The notes under the pieces: model-generated
What the model was told of the DNA's origin: nothing
What the model saw: the letters and a program-made list of their open reading frames with translations, nothing else
Databases searched by the model: none
Source of the DNA: an uncultured Gemmatimonadales bacterium
GTDB taxonomy: Bacteria > Gemmatimonadota > Gemmatimonadetes > Longimicrobiales > Gaopeijiaceae
DNA: 64,000 bases
Reading direction: 5' to 3'
NCBI GenBank assembly: GCA_963823035.1
Contig: CAWGKG010000025.1
Coordinates: forward strand, 1-64,000
Program-made: the position numbers and the translations under genes
In this document: piece by piece, positions 43,797 through 53,433 of the stretch
How the letters are laid out: each line of letters opens with the position of its first letter
How positions within the stretch are numbered: position 1 is the first letter of the stretch

Positions 43797-44630
43797 TCAG
43801 TGGAGGCAGGTGAGGGAGCGGAGCGCCTCGTCGAGCCCGTGCGTGTCGAAGGTGTAGTGGGTGCCGTCGCCCGGACCAGCGCGCACCCCGAGCGTCAGGA
43901 CCGGCAGGCTGCGCGCGGCCGCCGTGAAGGGCGCGACGACCGTGTCGGGTGCGAGCGCCCCATCCGTGAACGCGCGTACCAGACCCCACGGACCGAACGA
44001 ACGCTCGCCAGCGCGCGTCCGCAGCGTCACGGTCGGATCCCCGTGCAGTCGGCCGCCGGACGCGAAGGCCAGCTCGGCGACGCCGTCGCGGCACTGCCAG
44101 GTGAGCACCGCGTACGACTCCGACGAGAACACCGAGACCCTGGAGATGCGGTCGTCCGCATGGGTCGCGATCGACCCGACGGCGGCGCGAACGCCCGTGA
44201 GGGAATCGGGCCGGGCAAGCGGGGCGCGGGCCATCTCCTCCGAGACGGTCAGGTGGGCCACCGGGACCCCGAAGTCCGAGGCGAAGGCGCCGTACCAGGC
44301 GTTGGGCGCCTGCGTGTAGGCGTGGAAGCGGAGGCCGTCCCCGAAGCGGAGGAGGCGCTCGGGAAGGCGGAGGAGAGCGGTTCCGTCCGCGGCGACCACG
44401 CCGAGGAGCGTGTGCCGTAGGCAGCGGTCGAGGACGATGCGGATGTCCTGGCCGGTGCGGTTGTACACCGCGACGCGCAGGGGATGGGGGGCGTCGGAGG
44501 GAACGACCGAGGCGGCCGTGCACAGGGGTCGGAGATAGCGCGCCGGGGACGGGTCCGGCCGGGGGGCGTGCGCGCACGCGAAGAGCGCCGGAAGGAGCGC
44601 CGAGAGGAACGCGACGCCACGTCCGCTCAC
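43797..44630 (-). CDS. Hypothetical lipoprotein
   Basis: Lipobox-like LFAC; GTGA overlap with the upstream gene; no recognised domain. Confidence 0.55.
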   Translation of the reverse strand: MSGRGVAFLSALLPALFACAHAPRPDPSPARYLRPLCTAASVVPSDAPHPLRVAVYNRTGQDIRIVLDRCLRHTLLGVVAADGTALLRLPERLLRFGDGLRFHAYTQAPNAWYGAFASDFGVPVAHLTVSEEMARAPLARPDSLTGVRAAVGSIATHADDRISRVSVFSSESYAVLTWQCRDGVAELAFASGGRLHGDPTVTLRTRAGERSFGPWGLVRAFTDGALAPDTVVAPFTAAARSLPVLTLGVRAGPGDGTHYTFDTHGLDEALRSLTCLH

Positions 44631-45832
44631 GGCCTGCGCGCGCGGAAGCCGTAGACCACTACGGTCTCGACGTCCATCGAGTCTTTCTGCACCCCGACCA
44701 GCCGATCACCCCGTACGTCCATGAGATCGAAGCCCTCGGGGAGCGGCACGACGCCCACGAGGCCGCCCTCGGCGTCGTACACGCGCGCCGACGTCGTGTC
44801 GCCTTCGGTGGGCCGCCTGGCCACGGCCCAGACGCGGCCTTCACGGTCGGCCACCACCCGTCCGATGGCCGGGATGGAGTCGGGGTAGTGCCTGGCGACC
44901 TCCATCCCCGGAGGCGGCTTCGGCAGCGCGTCGATCATGGCGCGGGTGAGGGCGAGGCGGGGACGCACCTCGCGAATCGAACGTACCTGCCGGCCGGAGG
45001 TGTCGAACACGTCGACCTGCCACGCCTCGCTCGTGGTCGTATAGAGAACGTCGTTCGCGACGAACGGCCTCAGGAGCACGGAGAACTCGTTCGACAACGC
45101 GGGAAACGCGCCGTCCGGGTCCTCCCACATGCGCGACACCGTGATCGCGCGCAGCGAATCCCCCACCGCGCCGCTCGCGTCGAACACCGCGAGCGCACCC
45201 CTCAGCGGACGCAGCCCCGGAGCCCCCTCCAGCAGCGCGGTCATGCGAAGGATGGCGAACACCCGATGGTCGGCCGTCGCTCCGAGCGCGCCCATGGTCG
45301 GGATCCAGATTGCGTTCCCGGGCGGCTCCGGCTGCGTGTAGGTGAGGGTGGTCGCCGAAACGAACGTCCCGGTGGGGTCCAGGAGCGTGAGGCGGCGACT
45401 CACCGCGTCGACCACCGCCACGGAATCGGCGGCCAGCAGGGTCAGCCGTGAGATGTTCCTGAACTCGCCGGGGCCCTCCCCGTCCCGCCCCGCCGTCCAC
45501 ATCGGGTGCCCGGCCTGCGTGTAGGCGCGCACCTCGCGTCCGCCCCCGTGCCCCACCACCACCCTGCCGTCCGTGCCGAGCCGGACCTCGCTCACACGGA
45601 AGAGCGGATCGTCGCCCGCGGCCTCGTCTCCGATCACGACCATGGGGCGCTCGTCGCGCTTCCACGTGGGCGGCTCGACCCCGACGTTGACGGCGATGGC
45701 GACGCCGGCGCTGTCCGTGGACGTCACGCCGGCCGGATTCCCTCGGCCGGAACAGGCGGCCGCGAGCCCCGCCGCCGTCAGGGCAGACGACATCCACCGC
45801 CAGGTCGGCGCCCCCCCGGCACGCATCCGCAA
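44627..45832 (-). CDS. 6-bladed beta-propeller lipoprotein
   Basis: LAAAC lipobox, DSAGVAIAVN, GRDGEGPGEF, DREGRVW, DSMDVETVVVY. Confidence 0.75.
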   Translation of the reverse strand: MRMRAGGAPTWRWMSSALTAAGLAAACSGRGNPAGVTSTDSAGVAIAVNVGVEPPTWKRDERPMVVIGDEAAGDDPLFRVSEVRLGTDGRVVVGHGGGREVRAYTQAGHPMWTAGRDGEGPGEFRNISRLTLLAADSVAVVDAVSRRLTLLDPTGTFVSATTLTYTQPEPPGNAIWIPTMGALGATADHRVFAILRMTALLEGAPGLRPLRGALAVFDASGAVGDSLRAITVSRMWEDPDGAFPALSNEFSVLLRPFVANDVLYTTTSEAWQVDVFDTSGRQVRSIREVRPRLALTRAMIDALPKPPPGMEVARHYPDSIPAIGRVVADREGRVWAVARRPTEGDTTSARVYDAEGGLVGVVPLPEGFDLMDVRGDRLVGVQKDSMDVETVVVYGFRARRP

Positions 45833-45867
45833 ACTCCCTTACGCCCCGACCGGGGCCAGCGGCGACG

Positions 45868-47188
45868 CTACCGCACCTGGAAGGTGATCGGGAAGCTCAC
45901 CCACACCGGCACCTTCTGGTCCCGGTTGAGCGCCGGCGAGAACCGGTAGACGCTCGCCACCTTCAGCGCCGCCTCGTCCAGCGCCTGGTGACCGGAGCTC
46001 TGGTCGATGCGCGTGTCCTGGACGCGTCCGTTCTCGTCGATGAAGAAGTAGACCTTCACCGACCCGCCGATGCCGGCGTCCCTCAGAAGCGGCGGATACT
46101 CGCGCTCCATCGCCCGGACGACCTCGTCCCGGTTCGAGATCGACGGCGCGACGGTGAAGGGCGTGAACGTCGGCCCGGCTTCGACGCCCTCGACCGTGCA
46201 GCTCGACGGCCACATAGTCCTTCGCCTTCTCCTCCACCGCGGCCACGTCGTCCCTGGACCCGTCCGTATAGATGTTCACCTCGAGGCTGCATGCGGCGGC
46301 GAGCAGCACGCCGGCCACCGACAGCCGCACCGCGAGCCCCTTCCACCCGAAGCGGAAGCGTTTCGCGAGCATCGTGCGGATGCGCCGCTCGAGCGAGGAC
46401 GCGCGCTCCCCGAAGCCGGTCCCGAGCGGAACGGCGCTCACGCCGCGCGTGCTGACGTCGAAGAGGAGGCGCGCGTACTGGAGCGGCTTGCGCCCTCCGT
46501 CGGCGAGCACCCGGGCGTCACAGTCCGTCTCGACGGCGTCGCGGAGCTTGGCGAAGGCGAGCCAGGCGAGCGGGTTCCACGGCACCAGCACCGGAACCGC
46601 GAGCGCCCACGCCAGGAGGGCGGGATCGCCGCTGCGCCGGTGCGCGTCCTCGTGGGCCAGGATGAGGGCACGCTCGGCGGCGGGCAGGTCCAGCACCCAA
46701 CGTGGGAGGACGATCGCGGGGGCGCGCACGCCGACGACGGCGGGGCCGAGATCCTCGGAGAGCAGAACCGGAGCGCCGTCCACCTCCCGCCACGCCCACC
46801 CGCGGCGCAGACGCCGCATGCGGAACATCCCGCCCATCAGCACGACGAGGAGGGCGACCGACGCGCCGATCCACATCCACACGGCCGGACCCTGCAGGTC
46901 GGCGAGCGTGGTCGTGGCCGCGCCCGCGCCGCCCAGTGCGTTCGTGAGCGCTCCGCGCACCACGGGCACGACGGGGCCGAAGACGACGTCGAGCGAGCCC
47001 CTGCCCCCACCCAGCCTGCGGAACACGGGCGGGAGCATCGGAAGCAGGACGGCGAGCAGCTGCGCGGCCGCCCACAGCCAGCGGCGTCGGGTCTGTACGC
47101 CCCGCTCCAGAAGGAGGGCCGTACCGACCACCACGCCCCCGACGAGCACCGCGTAGGCCATCCACAGAATCAGCATGCCGACCTCCAT
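45868..47188 (-). CDS. M56 (BlaR1-like) metallopeptidase fused to C-terminal TonB domain (frameshift near 46200)
   Basis: GPAVVG..P.IVLP, ILAHEDAH, PWNPLAW, ETDCDARV, LERRIRTM; then YPPLLRDAGIGG.V...IDENGRV...SSG..ALDEAA...FSPA. Confidence 0.88.
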
Positions 47189-47236
47189 CTACGAGAAGCT
47201 TCGTAGATAGTATCACGCCCTCCTGAGATTCGTCAA
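47187..47236 (-). promoter_or_regulatory. Sigma70-type promoter with overlapping palindromic operator for the M56 gene
   Basis: Minus strand: TTGACG (47236-47231), 18-nt spacer ending TGA, TACTAT (47212-47207). Inverted repeat ATCTACGA-N6-TCGTAGAT at 47187-47208. Confidence 0.65.
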
Positions 47237-47287
47237 CGGGTTCGTTCGCAGGGGGTCCTGCGGGACGGCGAGGCGTGCCTGCGCGGC

Positions 47288-48205
47288 TCAGCCGCCCGCG
47301 GTGTGGAAAGCCCAGACCTGACGGGAGAGGTCCGCCACGAGCGCGGCCGCCACGGCCTGGTCGTCGATCCCCCGCACCATCACCGTGAGCACGTACGGGG
47401 GCGCGTCGGGCGGGAAGACCACGGCGGCGTCGTGGTTGTGCGCGGTGATCCACCCGGTCTTGTTCGCGACGCGGGTGCCCTCGGGGAGGCCCGCGGGGAT
47501 GTTCTCGCGGAAATGCTGCCGCTCGAGGATCGCGAGCATCGCCTCGCGCGATCGCTCCGTGAAGCGCGCGCTTCCCTGCACCGCGGCCATCACCACGCCG
47601 AGGTCGCGGGCCGTGGTCGTGTTGGAGCGTCCGGCCTCGAACGCCTTGAGGTCCTCGACCCCCCGCAGGACCTCCATCGAGTCGGCGCCCATCTCGCGCA
47701 GCATCGCGGTGACGCGCTTCGGATCCACCTGCTCGATGAGGATGTTCGTGGCGAGGTTGCTCGACCAGGTGATCATCCGCTCGAGGAGCTCGCGCACGGG
47801 AACGGCCTCGCCGACGCGGCCGTAGAAGGTCGTGTCCGAGTCGGAATCCTCGGGGAGCTCGAACGTCGACCCGTCCACGATCGAGTGGAACGTGCGCGTG
47901 ATCTCGATCTCCGAGTCCAGCGACCGGACGCCCTCCTGGTCGTCGAGGAAGATGCGCATCATCACCGGCACCTTCATCGTGCTGGCGGCGTGCATGCGGG
48001 TGTCGGCGTCGATCGTGACGGAGTCGCCCCCCGGCGCCAGGCTCCGGTAGTAGAGGCCCACCTCCGCGCCCGATTCGGCGATCGTGCGCCGAAGCGAGGC
48101 TTCCAGGCGGGCGGGATCGGTGCCGGCGCTCACCCCGGCCTCCGGACGGGTGCAGCCGGACGCGGTCGCACCCAGGGCGAGGAGGAGCGGGAGCGCGCGG
48201 CGCAT
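47288..48205 (-). CDS. Class A beta-lactamase-related serine hydrolase (Beta-lactamase2 family), lipoprotein
   Basis: AASTMK, SSN, NKTG, HDAA; lipobox ASGC. Confidence 0.88.
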   Translation of the reverse strand: MRRALPLLLALGATASGCTRPEAGVSAGTDPARLEASLRRTIAESGAEVGLYYRSLAPGGDSVTIDADTRMHAASTMKVPVMMRIFLDDQEGVRSLDSEIEITRTFHSIVDGSTFELPEDSDSDTTFYGRVGEAVPVRELLERMITWSSNLATNILIEQVDPKRVTAMLREMGADSMEVLRGVEDLKAFEAGRSNTTTARDLGVVMAAVQGSARFTERSREAMLAILERQHFRENIPAGLPEGTRVANKTGWITAHNHDAAVVFPPDAPPYVLTVMVRGIDDQAVAAALVADLSRQVWAFHTAGG

Positions 48206-48218
48206 GGCGGGGGCGGGC

Positions 48219-50275
48219 TCAGCGGCTCTGCGGCCGCGCCCGCGCCTCCCGCGGCTGCTCGATCCAATCCCACAGGGCCGCCGCGCGCGCCATCACCCCA
48301 TCGAGGTCCTCCGCGAGGACGAAGCCGGCGATCGCCAGGTCGTTGGAGGCCTGGCGCACGCGTGTCAGGTAGTCGTCGCGGCTGGGATAGAGCGAGGCGA
48401 TGCTCGGGCGGGGATCGTGGCGGGTCTCCCGTTCGGCCTCCGTCCGCGGCAGCGGGATGAACGTGCCGGTGAAGTCCACCAGCTCGTCCGTGGCGGCCGG
48501 GTACCCCGAGCGCAGGTTCCACGGCGCGTACGTCGCGAGCGGGACCCGGATCTCGACGTTGCGCACGCCGGTCTCCTCGTTGCCGAGCCCGTCCACCTGG
48601 GGCACGAGCGACGGGAAGGGCGGCCCGAGCTTCGGGGGCTGCCGGTCCACGATCCCTTCGTCCGCGAAGCGCGGCCCGTAGTCGGCGCGATAGGCCACGT
48701 GCACGACCGCCGGCTTGTGCACGCCCGGGATGGGTGGGAAGGCCAGCGCGGTGTGCGGTACCAGCGTTCCCTCGGCGATCGTCGGGTAACGGCTCGGGGG
48801 CGGCTCCTCGCCGTCCGCCACCCAGGCCACCAGGCGCACGGCCAGGGCCCGCAGCGTCGGGAAGTAGTCGAGGGGGTCGCCCCGGTAGACGCCGTCCGCG
48901 GTCTCCGCCCCCTCCGGCGGTGGGAACGCGCTCACGTAGTGCTGGCCGGAGGCGAGGTGGTAGATCCGCTCGTTGGGCAGCGGCGGCACGTCCCCGCTGC
49001 CGTCCGGCGTGGTGTGGATCAGCGACGCCGCTCGCCCCCAGTACTCGTAGCCCGAGTTCGTGTAGAAGACGAGCGGCAGGCTCTCGGGCCGCGTATGGGC
49101 CAGCAGGCCGTCCTCCACGCCGGTGACCGGGTCGGTCTGCGGCAGGCTCGTGAAGGGGAAGAGGTCCGTCGGATAGAAGAAGGCGGAGTAGCGATGTCCG
49201 TCGCGCGACGGCTGCCCGAAGCGGTGATTGAAGCTCCCCCGCCCCGCGCCCGCCGAGTGCACGAGCATCCCGTCGATGGCCTTGCGGTTGCCCTCGTCCG
49301 TGTTGAAGCCCTGGTAAAGGAACTGCCTGAGGAAGCGGCCCGTCTGGGAGACGCCGAACGCCACCACCTGAGAGGCGGGGAACTCGCTGTTGAGCGAGTA
49401 CTTCGCGTAGGAGGCGACGTCGCGGATGGCGGCCAGGCCCAGGCCCACCACACGAGGGTCCTGCGCCCGGTACACGAGCTCGTAGATCTTGCCGGGCGCG
49501 AAGCCGCCGTCGAGCGCGATGCGGGTGAGGCGGCCCTCGTCGACGCTGTCGTGCGCGGCGACGAAGCGCCACTGGTCGCGGGGGACGACGCTGCGGGGCG
49601 CGTCGCGTCCGTCACGGACGGTCAGGACGTTCGCGGAGTCGGTCGGGTCGGAGGCCGGATAGGCCCGGTGCCCGCGGTGGGCCAGGTCGAGGACGGTCGG
49701 CAGCCTCGTCCACGGTCCAGTCGGCGCGCACGAGACCCGTGATCGGGCCTTCGGGTCCACGCGCGAACGGGACGTGCAGGCGGACGAGCCCTCCGCGCTC
49801 GGGCACGTCCCACTGCCACCCCACCCAGATGAGCGTCAGCCCCTCCCGGAAGAGGAGTCCGTCCCCGAAGTCGTCCGCGGTCGTGGGGTCGAGCGCGCTT
49901 GCGGCGGCGCCGTTGAAGTAGCGCAGCGTCGCCTTTCCGCCCCGGTTGCTCACCTCGAGCCACGCCACGCCGCGTGCCCGGTCCCGGTTCTTGGGGCGGA
50001 GGACCATGAACTCCGCCCAGGCCTCCACGTTGCCGTCCGCGTTGCGCGGTGCGAGCGCGAGGTCCACGATCGCCCTGTTGGCGGGATTGTCGGGGTCGAA
50101 GGCGAAGTAGATGCGCCCGACGAGCTTCTCGTACGCCCCCACCGTCCCCCAGGCGCGTCCACCCAGCACGTCCTCGCGCCGCTCCACGACCACCCGCACG
50201 ACCTCCGCGCGGACGAGGGAGGGAGCGAGGAACCCGAAGGCGAGCGCCGCGAGCGACGAGCGTCCGGCGTCGCAT
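48219..50275 (-). CDS. Secreted alpha/beta-hydrolase domain protein (frameshifts near 50240 and 49700)
   Basis: GAYEKLVG...DP...N..IVDL, EVSNRG, GWQWD, GLGLAAIRD, GVSQTGRFLR, GFNTDE, EYWGR. Confidence 0.8.
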
Positions 50276-50875
50276 CAGAAGGCCAGCGACAGGCCGAGGT
50301 CCGCGACCAGGAAGCGCATCCCCAGCTTCGCGCCTGCCGGAAGGGTCGTCCCCACCGTGGTGAAGCGCACGCCGGGGTTGAACGCCACCGCGTTCCACGC
50401 GCCGATGTAGAGCCCGGCGCCGACCTCACCGCCGTATCCCCGGTCGCTCACGCCGGCCGGGCTCTCGCGGAAGCTCGGGGGTCTCGACGCGCAGGGTGAC
50501 GCCACCCAGGCGCACCCAGGGGATCACCGGTCCGCGGGTCACAAGGCTGAAGCGGAAGCCCAGGTCGAGCGTGGTGGCGACGAAATGTCCGCCTGCCTCG
50601 CATCCCGCGTCGGCGCAGGCGAAGCGATGCTGGCTGAAGCCCGCGTAGAGCGTCCGCCTTCCGTGGCCGGAGACCGCGAAGTCCACGCCGAACGAAGCAC
50701 CCGTGCTGACGCCCTCGCCGGGATCGGTACCTCCCGCGAGGTCGGCGACCGGCACGGAGGCCCCGCTGCGGACTTCCACGACCAGCGGTGCGGCCTGCGC
50801 GGCCGCGGGCGTGGGCAGGAAGGCGATGACCGAGGCGATCGCACAGAGCACGGTGCCACGCGAGCCAGACCTCAC
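50275..50875 (-). CDS. Small outer-membrane beta-barrel protein (frameshift near 50480)
   Basis: Signal peptide, alternating beta-strands, C-terminal LGLSLAF. Confidence 0.65.
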
Positions 50876-51014
50876 GGACGACCTCGGCTGGATGGGGCTG
50901 TGTTCGGATTCCGTATCCTAGCCGGCACCCGTCGCTCGCGCCACGACCCCCGTTGCCGCGCTCCCCGACCGCCCGGCATCATGGGGCGCCCTCGCGAACC
51001 ACGGAAAGGCGCCC

Positions 51015-52184
51015 ATGCCTCAGCACGCCCTGCGAACCGCCCTACGCACCCACGGCTTCACGGAGTCCGTCATCCGGGAGATGACGCGCGTGGCGCGGCA
51101 ACACGACGCGGTGAACCTCGCCCAGGGATTCCCGGACTTTCCCACGCCCGACCTCCTCAAGGAGGCCGCCTGCCGAGCGATCCGTGAGGACGTCAACCAG
51201 TACGCCATCACGTGGGGTGCGCCCCGGCTCCGTGACGCGCTGGTGCGCAAGTACGGACGGTGGTACGGGATGGAGGTGGACGGCGAGCGCGAGATCACGG
51301 TGACGTGCGGCGCGACCGAGGCGATGGCCTCGGTCATGCTCGCCGTGGTCGACCCGGGCGACGAGGTGATCGTGCTGGAGCCCTTCTACGAGAACTACGG
51401 ACCGGATGCCATCCTGTCCCAGGCGCAGCCGGTCTTCCTCACCCTCGAGGCCCCGCGCTACCGGCTGGACCCGGAGCGGCTGCGCGCCCTGGTGACCCCG
51501 CGTACACGCGCCATCGTCCTCAACACCCCGAACAACCCGACGGGTCGCGTCTTCGGCCGCGACGAGCTCGAGGCCGTCGCCCGAACGTGCCGGGAGCACG
51601 ACCTCCTCGCGATCACGGACGAGATCTACGAGCACATCCTCTACGAGGGCGAGCACGTACCGCTCGCGACGCTGGAGGGCATGCGCGAGCGCACCATCAC
51701 GGTGAGCGGCGCGTCGAAGACGTTCTCGGTGACCGGATGGCGCGTGGGCACGATCGTCGCGCCCGCCGAGCTCACGGGTGCGATCCGGAAGGTCCACGAC
51801 TTCCTCACGGTGGGCGCGCCCGCCCCCCTCCAGGAGGCGTGCGCCACCGCGCTCGACGAGCTGGGTGACGACTACTACCGGACGATGGCCGCCGAGTACG
51901 CGGATCGGCGTGACGTCCTCGTGGACGCGCTCCAGGCGGCCGGCTTCGCGTGTGGCGCGCCGGAGGGGGCGTACTACGTCCTCGCGGACTTCTCCGCGCT
52001 GAGCGACGAGGACGACACGACGTTCGCCAAGAGGCTGACGCGCGAGGCGGGCGTGGCATCGGTGCCCGGCTCCAGCTTCTTCAGCGTCGCGGAGCGGGGA
52101 CGGAGCCTCGTACGCTTCGCCTTCTGCAAGCGTGTCGAGACGCTGCGCGACGCCGGGGAGCGCCTACGCGCCTTCCGGGGCTGA
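51015..52184 (+). CDS. Class I/II PLP aminotransferase (YbdL / kynurenine aminotransferase-like)
   Basis: NLAQGFPDF, GATEA, NTPNNPTG, TDEIYE, SKTFSVTGWRVG, RFAFCK. Confidence 0.92.
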   Translation: MPQHALRTALRTHGFTESVIREMTRVARQHDAVNLAQGFPDFPTPDLLKEAACRAIREDVNQYAITWGAPRLRDALVRKYGRWYGMEVDGEREITVTCGATEAMASVMLAVVDPGDEVIVLEPFYENYGPDAILSQAQPVFLTLEAPRYRLDPERLRALVTPRTRAIVLNTPNNPTGRVFGRDELEAVARTCREHDLLAITDEIYEHILYEGEHVPLATLEGMRERTITVSGASKTFSVTGWRVGTIVAPAELTGAIRKVHDFLTVGAPAPLQEACATALDELGDDYYRTMAAEYADRRDVLVDALQAAGFACGAPEGAYYVLADFSALSDEDDTTFAKRLTREAGVASVPGSSFFSVAERGRSLVRFAFCKRVETLRDAGERLRAFRG

Positions 52185-52189
52185 AGGGG

Positions 52190-53433
52190 CGCTCGCCCGG
52201 ACCGGCGGGCCGCCGGCCTCGTCGCGCCCCGCCCTCCGGCGCGCTCGCCGGTGCGGGCTGGTGGATCACCGGCGCCTCGAGAGGCGCCTCCGTGATCCTG
52301 CCGTCCCAGCGGCGCATCATCTGGACGAAGGCGTGCGCGATGTCGGCGTCGAACTCCGGTCCGGCACCCTCCTCGATGATCGAAAGCGAGCGCTCGGCCG
52401 ACCACGCCTCCCGATAGGGGCGGTGCGTGCGCAGGGCGTCGAAGACGTCGCACACGTGCACGAGGTTCGAGGCCTCGTGGCAGGGGCGCGGGTAGGCGAG
52501 CGACGGATAGCCGCCGCCGTCGATGCGGATGTGGTGCTCGTACGCCACCACGGCCGCCAGGTCGAGGCGCTCCTCCGCCTCGAGGATCAGGCGCGCGCCC
52601 TCGGTCGTGTGGCTGTTCATGACCGCCCGCTCGTCGTCGGTCAGCTTCCCCGGCTTGTTCAGGATCTCCTCGGGGACCTTCACCTTCCCCAGGTCGTGCA
52701 ACAGCCCTGCGATGCCGAACGAGCGCACCTCCCGGGGGCCCATGCCGAGGAACTCGGCCAGCGCCATGGTGAGCACGGCCACGTTCAGCGTGTGCGTCAC
52801 CGTGTACTGGTCGAACTCCTTCAGGCGCAGGAGCGGGATCAGGTAGGCCTGGTCCCCGTGCATGGCCACGGAGAGCGAGCGCACGATGCCCTGCGCCTCG
52901 AGAAGATGGAGGCGCCGTCCCTCCCTGAGCTCGCCCTGCAGCCACTCTACGCCTTCGATCTCTTCGCGGAGGGAGTAGCTGAGCGTCGCGCCGGCCGCGG
53001 TGGGCGCGTCGGAGGCCTTGTCCGCCCCCTCGCCGCGCAGCCCGACCGTCCCGTAGCGGATGTTCGTGGGGCGTCCCTGCCGAACCTCGGCGCTCGGGAT
53101 CGGCGCACCGCTGAGCCGGAGGTACGCCTCGTCGAGGAAGGCCTCGAAGTCGTCGCGCGACACCGGCCCGATGAACTCGAGGCGCTGCAGCCCCACCGAC
53201 GAGAGCCGGGGACCCCAGTCCCAGTGCCGCAGATCGCGGAGCGGCGTCCGGTCGAGCACGATCTCCGAGCCGATGAAGGTGAAGAGCGGCGTGGGCGTCC
53301 GATCCTGAAGGTCGCACAGTGCCTCGTAGGCCCGGTCCACGGCACGCTCGCGGGCCGGATGGTCGTCGGCGTACAGCAGCATCGCGGAGAAGGCTTGCGC
53401 CATCCCGGTCAGGAAGCGGACGGCCTCGGTCAT
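52190..53433 (-). CDS. HD-GYP domain cyclic-dinucleotide phosphodiesterase (3' end uncertain)
   Basis: DQYTVTHTLNV, LLHDLGK, KPGKLT, EHH, GGGYP, CDVFDAL, RPYR. Confidence 0.9.

Noticed and set aside
40664..43813. Long antisense and alternate-frame ORFs (for example 40664-43813 +, 3774-6431 +, 52132-54453 +, 38361-40652 +)
   Set aside because: These are shadow ORFs opposite well-supported genes, expected at this GC content, and have no motifs.
47288..48205. Bona fide antibiotic-resistance beta-lactamase
   Set aside because: SxxK, SxN and KTG are present, but the omega-loop region (LRGVEDLKAF) is that of the widespread beta-lactamase-related hydrolases. Activity cannot be inferred from this.
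51015..52184. Class I/II aminotransferase as the missing EgtE
   Set aside because: It lies about 30 kb from the egt locus and has ordinary YbdL-like features; nothing links it to the pathway.
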